The position numbers and the translations under genes were made by a program. From NCBI GenBank assembly GCA_963775425.1, contig CAVZJB010000004.1, forward strand, positions 512,001 to 576,000: 64,000 nt of DNA, written 5' to 3'. Below, one piece after another: positions 56,646 through 64,000 of this stretch. Source of the DNA: an uncultured delta proteobacterium (GTDB taxonomy: Bacteria > Myxococcota > UBA727 > VGSZ01). How positions within the stretch are numbered: the first letter of the stretch is position 1; every line of letters starts with the position of its first letter. Under the pieces are notes generated by a model. That model saw only the letters and a program-made list of their open reading frames with translations. It was not told where the DNA came from and searched no databases.

Positions 56646-57907
56646 TGGGGCACCCGCATGGCCGCGATGTCATCGGGGAAGATGCCGAGCGTGACCTTCC
56701 CCAACAGCGCGTGAGGCGGCGCGGCGTCGAACACCAAGAAGCTGCCCGGGTTCGTGTGGTCGCCTTCGCAGACGGTGAAGATCTTCGTGCCGTCCTCGTT
56801 GAACCGCGCCACGTGGGGGAGCACGCAGTCCGACGGGCTCACGAAGATGGTGGACTCGAACGTCAACGTGCCGCCGCTGACGTCAAAGAGGGTGACGCCA
56901 TCGGTGTTCTGATGCGCGATCAGCATGGTGTCGCCGCGCACGTCGCCGAACGACGCTACGCCGGGGAGCTGGAACTTCTGCCCGTTGAGCGAGCGCGAGG
57001 GGATGTCGACGCCGATGACCTCGCCGCTGCTGAAACACGACACCCACGCCGTCTCGCCGTCGACGGTGATGCCGTACGGCTGGCAGATGGGGTTGTCGAG
57101 CGTGCCCGGGTTGTCGATCACCTGCAGGACGTCGACGTGGTGGTCGTCGCCGACGAGGTCGATGATGGCGACGTGGTCGTTGTAGCAGGAGGTCACCGCC
57201 GTCGAGGAGTCGGGGGTGAAGCCGATGCCGTGCGCGGCCGGACACGTCTCCACGAACGTGGGCTTGTCCATGGTCTCCGGGTCGATGATGGCGAGCCGCG
57301 AATCGACGTCGGGGCCCTCCGTGATGCCGTTGCCGATCGCCGTGGTGACCTTGGCGAGATCGAAGTGCGACGCCACCAGCGTCTTTCCGTCCGGCGTGAG
57401 CCGGATGTCGCCCGGGTTCGGGTCCACGCGCGACGCGGCGACGAACGAGTTGTCCGAGACGCGCATCTTGACCATGTGCCCCGGGATGGTGCCGGCGCCG
57501 TGGACGCCGTGCGGCCCCGAGCCCGAGCCGGGCACGAAGTTGGAGACCCCGTAGTAGTAGAACTGGCCGTCGGCGCCGGCGACGCAGTGGTGCGGCCCCT
57601 CGCGCTCCACCGGCACGAAGCCCGCCGGCACCTTGCCGAGCAACACCGGCGCGCCCGCGTCGGCGCTGTCGAGGTCGATGACGCTGATGGTGTCCTCGAG
57701 GTTGTCGGTGACGTAGATGCGGCCCTCGCCCGGCCCGGGCGACGGCATGAGCGGCGCCGTGGGCCACACCTTGTCCGCGGGGATGTCGAACGTCATCACC
57801 GGCAGGTGGTCGGGGTCGAACGTGCACCCGGCAGCGGCGCCGCCGGCCGCGACGACGGCGACGACGAGCTCCACCAGGCGTGCGCGCGCGCGCTCTCTCG
57901 TCGTCAC
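56642..57907 (-). CDS. YncE-like beta-propeller lipoprotein, His/Cys-rich
   Basis: IYVTDN.EDTISVID blade motif, EREGPHH, HGVHG, CPAAHG, CVLPH and CEGDH. GTGA overlap. Confidence 0.8.
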   Translation of the reverse strand: MTTRERARARLVELVVAVVAAGGAAAGCTFDPDHLPVMTFDIPADKVWPTAPLMPSPGPGEGRIYVTDNLEDTISVIDLDSADAGAPVLLGKVPAGFVPVEREGPHHCVAGADGQFYYYGVSNFVPGSGSGPHGVHGAGTIPGHMVKMRVSDNSFVAASRVDPNPGDIRLTPDGKTLVASHFDLAKVTTAIGNGITEGPDVDSRLAIIDPETMDKPTFVETCPAAHGIGFTPDSSTAVTSCYNDHVAIIDLVGDDHHVDVLQVIDNPGTLDNPICQPYGITVDGETAWVSCFSSGEVIGVDIPSRSLNGQKFQLPGVASFGDVRGDTMLIAHQNTDGVTLFDVSGGTLTFESTIFVSPSDCVLPHVARFNEDGTKIFTVCEGDHTNPGSFLVFDAAPPHALLGKVTLGIFPDDIAAMRVPQ

Positions 57908-59346
57908 TCGGGCTCCCCGCACGCGATCCAGGCGAGCAGCGTGGTGCGCTCGTCCGGCGCGAGCTTCCCGTCCGCGGGCATGGTGCACGCGGCGACGTCG
58001 GCGAGCATGTTGTCGTGCTGGTCGATCGCGCCCTGGCGCGTGTCGAGCGGCTCGGCGGCCGCGGCGCCGTCGGCGGTGTGGCAGTACACGCAGCTCTTCT
58101 CGAGGATGGGCGCGACGTCCGCGGCGTAGCTCGGCGGCGTCGCGGGGCACGAAGGCGCGCCGTCGTCGGGGCAGTCGAAGGCCGGCCCGAAGTCCGGGTT
58201 GGCGACGAAGCTCTCGTCGGTGAGGCTCGAGAGGAAGGCGAGCAAGCCGTTCTTCTCGTCGTCGTCGAGCGTGAACCCCTTCACCAGAGGGTCCTTGAGC
58301 GGGTTCTGGCTGCCGTCGCCGGCGTTGTCCTCGCCGTCCGCGATGGCGCGGCCGGCGTGCGCGTATTGATCGACGAGCACGCTGTCGAGCGTGGCCATGG
58401 AGCCGTCGTGCATGTACGGCGCCGTGAGGTCGATGTTGCGCAGGCTGGTCGCGCGGAACTTGCCCATGTCGCCGTCGTCGTCGGTGAAGTCGATGAGGCC
58501 GCGATCGCCTGCGGGGTACGCGCCGGCGCCGTCGACGTTGTACAGGCCGGTGTTGTGATAGACAGCGGCCACCGGGAACGCGTCCGTGGTGGACGTGGAG
58601 GTGTCGGCGAGGTTGAAGTCGCCGTGGCAGTGGTAGCACTCGCACTTCTCGGAGAAGAAGAGCGTGAGCCCCCTCTTGGCGTCGTCGCTGAGCGCGGCGT
58701 CGTCGTGATCGTTGAAGTAGCGATCGTAGGGCGTGTCGCCCGACAGGAGCGTGCGCTCGAACGACGCGATGGCCTTCTTGACGTTGGTGGTGGTGAACGG
58801 GTCTCGCTCGTCGGGGAAGGCCGCGGTGAAGAGCTGCGCGTAGGTGTCGTCGTCGCGCAGGGCGGAGACGATGTCCGCGTCGATGCCCGAGAGCCCGAGC
58901 TCGACGGGGTGCTCGGAGAACATCGGGATGTCCATCTGCTTCTCGAGCGTGCCCTGCGCGGGGTTGGACCACGTGTTGGCGACGTTGTACGCCACGTTGG
59001 TGAGGCTCATGGCGTTGTGCTCGGTGAGGTCGCCGGTGGCGCCGCGCGCGCGGACGCGGCCGTCGGTGAAGCCCTTCACCTGGATGTGGCAGGTGCCGCA
59101 CGACGTGGTGCCGTTCACCGACAAGCGCTTCTCGTAAAAGAGGTGGTGCCCGAGCTCGACCTTCTCGTCGGTCATGGGGTTGTCGTCGGGCACGCGCGGG
59201 GTCGGCAGCGCGGGCGGCGGCGGGTGCCGCTCGAAGAAGTCCTTGGGCTTGCGCGGCGTCGGCGGCGGACACCCCGCGAGCGAGAGCGCCGCGGCGAGCG
59301 TCGCGAGAGGCGCCCCCAGCGCCACGGCGACCGCCCTCGCCTTCAT
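57904..59346 (-). CDS. mbnH: MbnH-family di-heme enzyme with an extra C-terminal mono-heme domain
   Basis: DNPMT.EKVELG..LFY..RLS.NG..SCGTCH, NVAYN, PVELG, CYHCH, HNTGLY, GKFR..SLRNI.LTAPYMHDGS, plus CVYCH. Directly follows mbnP. Confidence 0.88.
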   Translation of the reverse strand: MKARAVAVALGAPLATLAAALSLAGCPPPTPRKPKDFFERHPPPPALPTPRVPDDNPMTDEKVELGHHLFYEKRLSVNGTTSCGTCHIQVKGFTDGRVRARGATGDLTEHNAMSLTNVAYNVANTWSNPAQGTLEKQMDIPMFSEHPVELGLSGIDADIVSALRDDDTYAQLFTAAFPDERDPFTTTNVKKAIASFERTLLSGDTPYDRYFNDHDDAALSDDAKRGLTLFFSEKCECYHCHGDFNLADTSTSTTDAFPVAAVYHNTGLYNVDGAGAYPAGDRGLIDFTDDDGDMGKFRATSLRNIDLTAPYMHDGSMATLDSVLVDQYAHAGRAIADGEDNAGDGSQNPLKDPLVKGFTLDDDEKNGLLAFLSSLTDESFVANPDFGPAFDCPDDGAPSCPATPPSYAADVAPILEKSCVYCHTADGAAAAEPLDTRQGAIDQHDNMLADVAACTMPADGKLAPDERTTLLAWIACGEPE

Positions 59347-60194
59347 GGGGCCGCCCCCACGCCGAACACGGACTGCGCCGGCGCCTCCTCGCCCGCGGCG
59401 AAGGGGAGCCCGACGCTGTGAAAGAGGCTCTCGCAGTCGGGGTCCGTCGGCTCGGACATGCAGCCCGGCGCGGTGTCGGCGGTGTTGTTGTCGATGTCCG
59501 CGCCCGACAGGAGCGCGCCCACGTCGATGGTGACGGCCTTGTCGGGGCTCCAGTCGGACAGGGAGATGGTCGGGCGGTTCGGGTGGTCGCATCCCTGGAC
59601 GACGCCGCCGGCGCCGACGTCGCAACCGGCGCTGCCGACGTGGCAGTACCAGCCCTCGGGCTGCCCGTCCGAGTAGATGTCGAGCTTGAAGAAGCGATAG
59701 CCCGCGGCCCACCCCCAGTAGAGCGACGAGAGGTTGAGCGGCGACGGCGCCTTGCTCGCGTCGGCGTGGTCGACGTCGTCGGGGACGCCCACGTCGAAGG
59801 TGACGCCGTCGTACGTGCCCTCGGGCGCGTGGACATTGACGACGGTGCGCGTGTCGGCGGTGCCCGGGCTGCACTTGCCCGTGCCGTCCTCGAAGTCCAG
59901 CAGCGCGACGCCCTTGGCCTGCCAGGGCGCCTCGTCGTCGACGGTGGCGTCGACGTCGCCGTCTGCGCCGTGCAGGCGCACGTGCGAGATGTACACGCGC
60001 AGGTCGCCGATCTGCATGGACGAGCCGCTGCTGCCGATGCCGGTGTAGCTCTGCCCGCACGCGAGCGGCGCGCCGGCCACGGTGGCGGCGAAGGTGAGCG
60101 AGACGGCCTGACCGGGATCGTCGGGAGGCGGACAACCACCGAGCCCGGCGGCCATGACGGCGACGACGGCGACGGTGAGGATGCGCATCTTCAT
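59343..60194 (-). CDS. mbnP: MbnP-family copper-binding lipoprotein (four-Cys type)
   Basis: F.A.V.G....CG..Y, DLR.YIS.V.L, WQ..GVALLDFE.G.G.C, YWGW..GY.F (WxW), H.GS.GC and C..PNR. Confidence 0.9.
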   Translation of the reverse strand: MKMRILTVAVVAVMAAGLGGCPPPDDPGQAVSLTFAATVAGAPLACGQSYTGIGSSGSSMQIGDLRVYISHVRLHGADGDVDATVDDEAPWQAKGVALLDFEDGTGKCSPGTADTRTVVNVHAPEGTYDGVTFDVGVPDDVDHADASKAPSPLNLSSLYWGWAAGYRFFKLDIYSDGQPEGWYCHVGSAGCDVGAGGVVQGCDHPNRPTISLSDWSPDKAVTIDVGALLSGADIDNNTADTAPGCMSEPTDPDCESLFHSVGLPFAAGEEAPAQSVFGVGAAP

Positions 60195-60214
60195 GTCGTA
60201 CCACTCCAGAAGGG

Positions 60215-60625
60215 TCAATTGTCGGGCGATCCGCACACGAGCCACGTGAGGAGCATCGATCGGGCGTCGGGGGGCAACACGACACCCGCGTCGGGCGGCG
60301 GCATCGTGCACGCGTAGACCTGATTGAGCACCGCGCTGCGGCGACGAAAGACGTCGTCGTAGTCGACGAGGGGCTTGTTCGCCACCGCCGCGCCGGGCGC
60401 GTGGCATTGATCGCAGGTGCTCGCGAAGATGGGCTCGACGTCGGCCTGGAAGCTCGGCGCGGGCGAGGGGCACTCGCTCGGCAAGTCGTTCGGGCAAGGG
60501 CCGTCGTCGACGCCTGCGTCGGGAGGGTCGACGCCGCCCGGGCACGCGGCGGCGCCGAGCGACAGGAGCGCGACCGCGACGAGCTGCGGCGCGCCCCAAC
60601 GGGTCGATCCTCTAGGGCACGTCAA
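60215..60625 (-). CDS. Small mono-heme cytochrome c lipoprotein (start uncertain)
   Basis: Lipobox-like AAAC, PSF..DV.PI....CDQCH, CTMPP and L.W..CG.P. Confidence 0.8.
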   Translation of the reverse strand: MTCPRGSTRWGAPQLVAVALLSLGAAACPGGVDPPDAGVDDGPCPNDLPSECPSPAPSFQADVEPIFASTCDQCHAPGAAVANKPLVDYDDVFRRRSAVLNQVYACTMPPPDAGVVLPPDARSMLLTWLVCGSPDN

Positions 60626-61055
60626 AGCTCGGGTCCGCGGTGTCATCGTCATCGAAGGTGGTCTGCAGCTCCCAGAGGCCGCTCATGATGAGGTCGACGT
60701 TGTCGACGGTGTAGACGCCGTCGCCGTCCTCGCTCACGCTGGGGTGCACGGAGGCCCCGTGGTTCATCTGCGGCATCCAGGGCTTCACCGTGAAGGAGAG
60801 CCCCGTGAGCGGCGCCCCGTCGGCGTCGGTGACCACGAACTGAAACGGTGTCACGCCCACGGCGGGCGGCTGCGGCGACGAGCGCACCTCGATGTGCTTG
60901 GCCGCGTTGGTGCTGTCGACGGAGAGGAGCGCCTGGTCGGGGAACACCACCGGCGCGGGCTCGGGCTCGCCCTCTGCCGCCTGCCCGAAGCAACCGGCGA
61001 CGCCGAACAGGGCGAGGGTGGCGACGACGACAGGCAGGGAGCGGGAGAGCGGCAT
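60612..61055 (-). CDS. YtkA/FixH-like lipoprotein (copy 1)
   Basis: Lipobox VAGC; PWMPQMNHGA...GDGVY....V.L.M.G.WEL. Confidence 0.8.
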   Translation of the reverse strand: MPLSRSLPVVVATLALFGVAGCFGQAAEGEPEPAPVVFPDQALLSVDSTNAAKHIEVRSSPQPPAVGVTPFQFVVTDADGAPLTGLSFTVKPWMPQMNHGASVHPSVSEDGDGVYTVDNVDLIMSGLWELQTTFDDDDTADPSFDVP

Positions 61056-61062
61056 GAAGACC

Positions 61063-61647
61063 TCAGGGCACGTCGATGAAGAACGCGACGTGTCCGTGCT
61101 GTGACGTGTCGCTGTCGACGCAGTTTTCGTAGAGGTGGAAGCGGACGGTCCACCGGCCCGCCTTGTCGAAGCGGATGGGGCCGACGGTGTACACGCCGGG
61201 GCCGCTCTCGAGGGTGGTGGTCCCCGAATTCGGCGCGGGGTGGGTCTCGTCGAGGAAGACCTCGGCGCGCGTGTTGGCGCCGGCGGCGGGGGCGTCGTTC
61301 TCCGCCAGCTTGGTGGCGGTGACGGTGAAGGTGACGTCGCGGTCTTCGGTGACGGGCGTGACGTCGAACTTCACGTGGTACTTGCAGTCGTCGTCGTCGG
61401 CCTCGGTGTTGAACAGCGTGGGGCCGTAATCGTCGGCGGCGTCGCCTTCGCCTTCGCCTTCACCTTCACCTTCACCTTCACCGGCGCCGTCGCACACGGC
61501 GGGGTCGGTGAGGACGGGCGTCACGCCCTGGCAGTGGGTGTCCGCGTCACCGGTGACGGGACCGCCGACGGCCTCTGCAGGCGGCGGACAGGCCGCGCAC
61601 AGCGCCACGGCCATCGAGGGAAGCAGGGTCCGGACGACGATGCGCAT
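61063..61647 (-). CDS. His/Cys-rich YtkA/FixH-like Ig-fold lipoprotein (copy 1) with a GE linker
   Basis: ATG at 61647. Near-identical to 52608..53183, e.g. DTHCQGVTPVLTDPAVCDG and YENCVDS.TSQHGH.AFFIDVP. Confidence 0.78.
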   Translation of the reverse strand: MRIVVRTLLPSMAVALCAACPPPAEAVGGPVTGDADTHCQGVTPVLTDPAVCDGAGEGEGEGEGEGEGDAADDYGPTLFNTEADDDDCKYHVKFDVTPVTEDRDVTFTVTATKLAENDAPAAGANTRAEVFLDETHPAPNSGTTTLESGPGVYTVGPIRFDKAGRWTVRFHLYENCVDSDTSQHGHVAFFIDVP

Positions 61648-61819
61648 GCTCGGGCTTGTATACGGGGCAGCCCGGCGCGTCGATGCGGGTTGATCAGCGA
61701 CCGGAGGGAGCGGCCGCGCTTGATCCGGACGCACGAGCGGCACGCTCGTCGCGACGCGCTGGTGAGCGCAAAGGAGACCGGGGGCATGATCACAAACGAA
61801 ACTGTCAGGCCCGTCTTTG

Positions 61820-61879
61820 GACATGACGTCACTCGGCATCACGTCCAAAGACGTGACGTCACTCGACATGAAAGGTCAC
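61820..61879. repeat. Short 15-bp degenerate tandem repeat overlapping a stop codon
   Basis: GACATGACGTCACTC / GGCATCACGTCCAAA / GACGTGACGTCACTC / GACATGAAAGGTCAC. The stop of the upstream gene is at 61859-61861. Confidence 0.6.
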
Positions 61880-62470
61880 CGGGTTGCCTTTGTAGGGGCC
61901 CTCGCTGACCCGGTTGTTCACCAGATACGCCCCGACGATGCTCGCGGTGATGTCCTCGCCCTTGTGGTCCTTGAGCTCCTTCCACGCCGCGTCGTCGAGC
62001 GTGACCTGAAGGTTGGACGTGTGCACGCCGAGCGGGCAGGTGCGCCCCGACAGCGGCATCTCGATGAGGTACATGTCGCCGGTCTTGGGCGGCAGGTGCG
62101 CGAGCGCCGGCGGGTCGAGCGCACCGAACAGCGCGTCCGCGGCGCCGCCGATGAAGCCGCGCGCGGGCACACGCACGGCCTTGCGCGCGGGCTTGCGCGC
62201 CGGCTCCAGGGACGCCACGCGCAGCGGCGAGGTCCAGGTGAACGTCGGCGCCGCGCGGACCGCCGCGCCGTCCGCCGGGGCCGTGAACACCGGCGAGCTC
62301 GCCTCGTCGAAGGTGGCGTGCGGCTCCACGTCCTTCATCGTGAGCCAGGTGTCGTCGGTGACGTTGCCGTCGAAGGCCGGCTCCTGGTCCGGCTCGAGAC
62401 AGGGGTCCCCCGTCGGACCGCACGCGGCGGCGAGGGAGGCAAGACACAAGGCGACGACGACCACGCGCAT
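61859..62470 (-). CDS. Hypothetical lipoprotein, first gene of the MbnPH cluster
   Basis: ATG at 62470, lipobox LAAAC, P.FTW and an internal ALAHLPP.TG..Y motif. Confidence 0.75.
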   Translation of the reverse strand: MRVVVVALCLASLAAACGPTGDPCLEPDQEPAFDGNVTDDTWLTMKDVEPHATFDEASSPVFTAPADGAAVRAAPTFTWTSPLRVASLEPARKPARKAVRVPARGFIGGAADALFGALDPPALAHLPPKTGDMYLIEMPLSGRTCPLGVHTSNLQVTLDDAAWKELKDHKGEDITASIVGAYLVNNRVSEGPYKGNPVTFHVE

Positions 62471-62689
62471 CCGGACAACCTCGGCGTCGACGGCGCAACA
62501 GCGCCGGCGCCGTCCATGTCGTACCTCGCCGAGCGCGATCGGGACAGTGGGCATGCGTCCGATCCTCGCCGGATCCTCGTCGAGGAGCACGCCGTCTCGT
62601 GCGCCAGAGCACACCCGAGCACGGAGGAATTCTGCCTCGCTGCGCCGACAAGCCCCGGCGGCCGGCGGCCCGCGTCCTTACGTTGGCCC

Positions 62690-64000
62690 ATGGGGCAGCC
62701 GAGCACCGAGCACCTCGACGTCGACGACATGCTCCACGCATGGGCCGTCCTGTCGGGGCCCGAGCGGCGCGAAGGGTTCACGCTGCTGGACCACACCGCG
62801 GCAGAGGAGCTGTTCCTGTCGCTGCCCGCGCGTGACCAAGCGGACCTGCTGCACTCTCTGCTGCCGAACGAGCGGCGGCTGTGGCTGCGCTTGTTGCCGC
62901 CGGACGACGCCGCCGACGTCATCCAGGCGTCGCCCGAGGAGGAACGCGGCGAGCTGTTGGCGCTGCTCGACGACCAGGCGCGCCGCGACGTCACGGCGCT
63001 GCTCGCCTACGAGGAGGACGTCGCCGGCGGCGTGATGAGCACGCGCTTCGCGCGGCTGCGTCCGGACATGAGCGTCGACGAGGCCATCCAATATCTGCGT
63101 CGTCAGGCGCGCGCGCGCGTGGAGACGCTCTACTACGCCTACGTGCTCGACGCGGGCCAACACATGCTCGGCGTCGTCTCCTTCCGCGACCTGTTCGCCG
63201 CGCCGCCGGGCGCCCTCGTGCGGGACATCATGATCACCGAGGTGGTCACCGTGCCCGAGACCATGGACCAGGAGGCCGTGGCGCACCTGTTCGCGGACAA
63301 CGACCTCATCGCCGTCCCCGTCGTCGACGCGGCGAGCCGCATGAAGGGCATCATCACCGTCGACGACATCGTCGACGTGGTCGCCGAGGAGGCCACCGAG
63401 GACATCCAGAAGGTCGGCGGCACCGAGGCGCTCTCGGGCCCCTACCTCGGCGTGCGCATGACCGAGATGGTGAAGAAGCGCGCGGGCTGGCTCACCATCC
63501 TGTTCGTCGGCGAGATGCTCACCGCGTCGGCGATGGGGTACTTCCAGCACGAGATCGAGCGCGCGGTGGTGCTCGCGCTGTTCATCCCGCTCATCATCTC
63601 GTCGGGCGGCAACTCGGGCTCGCAGGCGTCCACGCTCATCATCCGCTCGCTCGCCCTCGGGGAGCTCGGCCTGCGCGACTGGCCGCGCGTCCTGCGCCGC
63701 GAGCTGCTCTCGGGCCTCACGCTCGGGGTGGTGCTCGGCGCCATCGGCTTCGTGCGGGTGGTGATGTGGGCGCTGATCTTTCGTATGTACGGGCCGCACT
63801 TCCTGCTCGTCGCGGCCACCGTCGGCGTGAGCCTCGTCGGCGTCGTCACCTGGGGCACGGTCACGGGCTCCATGCTCCCGTTCGCGTTGCGCCGCGCGGG
63901 CTTCGATCCCGCGAGCGCCTCGGCGCCGTTCGTGGCCACGCTCATCGACGTCACCGGGCTCGTCATCTACTTCTCGGCGGCGTCGGTCCTCTTCCTGCGC
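62690..64000 (+). CDS. mgtE: Magnesium transporter MgtE (3' end runs off the window)
   Basis: Hand translation from ATG at 62690: PDDAADVI, LAYEEDVAGGVM, CBS pair, GIITVDDIVD, KKRAGWL, GGNSGSQAS and DPA.ASAPFVATLIDVTG. Confidence 0.95.
   Translation, partial: MGQPSTEHLDVDDMLHAWAVLSGPERREGFTLLDHTAAEELFLSLPARDQADLLHSLLPNERRLWLRLLPPDDAADVIQASPEEERGELLALLDDQARRDVTALLAYEEDVAGGVMSTRFARLRPDMSVDEAIQYLRRQARARVETLYYAYVLDAGQHMLGVVSFRDLFAAPPGALVRDIMITEVVTVPETMDQEAVAHLFADNDLIAVPVVDAASRMKGIITVDDIVDVVAEEATEDIQKVGGTEALSGPYLGVRMTEMVKKRAGWLTILFVGEMLTASAMGYFQHEIERAVVLALFIPLIISSGGNSGSQASTLIIRSLALGELGLRDWPRVLRRELLSGLTLGVVLGAIGFVRVVMWALIFRMYGPHFLLVAATVGVSLVGVVTWGTVTGSMLPFALRRAGFDPASASAPFVATLIDVTGLVIYFSAASVLFLR

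Noticed and set aside
57904-60194. Methanobactin biosynthetic cluster
   Set aside because: No precursor peptide, MbnB/MbnC or MbnT is recognisable in the window; only the MbnP/MbnH pair is present.
56642-60599. Very long ORF-track calls (1165, 793 and 418 aa) read as giant fusions
   Set aside because: The 5' extensions are alternative frames of upstream genes. The real starts are at 57907, 59346 and 60194, with signal peptides and stop/start overlaps or an RBS.

Overview
Very GC-rich, gene-dense bacterial window with a Myxococcota-like gene set (inferred from four Ser/Thr kinases, PEGA proteins and Cys-rich or (GE)n lipoproteins). From left to right it holds: the 5' part of an IS110 element with a bridge-RNA-like leader; a DUF2807 protein and an EGF-like lipoprotein; tandem kinases; a MocR regulator with its probable target; a poly-HAMP hybrid kinase operon; clpS-clpA; a DEAD-box helicase; ctaB-sco-actABCDEF (alternative complex III); and pip, a GT4, a TetR/Coq4-like pair, PEGA proteins, slyX and a PlsC-like gene. 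At 51.2-62.5 kb is a minus-strand cluster of about ten lipoproteins built around an MbnP/MbnH pair, with duplicated YtkA/FixH-like genes, three c-type cytochrome modules, a beta-propeller, an outer-membrane barrel and RegB/RegA. It is followed by a partial mgtE. Best leads: (1) this candidate redox-regulated copper system, which lacks methanobactin synthesis genes and has near-identical RegA boxes plus a related box upstream of ACIII; (2) three independent frameshifts that are all GATC->GAATC, suggesting modification-linked read errors; (3) the IS110 RNA with a loop matching the putative element boundary; (4) ActE fused to a CoxB-like cytochrome domain; (5) an orphan SAM-I-like RNA beside a decayed IS1182; (6) tandem arrays built from stop-codon regions. 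No rRNA, tRNA or CRISPR array was seen. All family calls are from motif recognition by eye; no searches were run.
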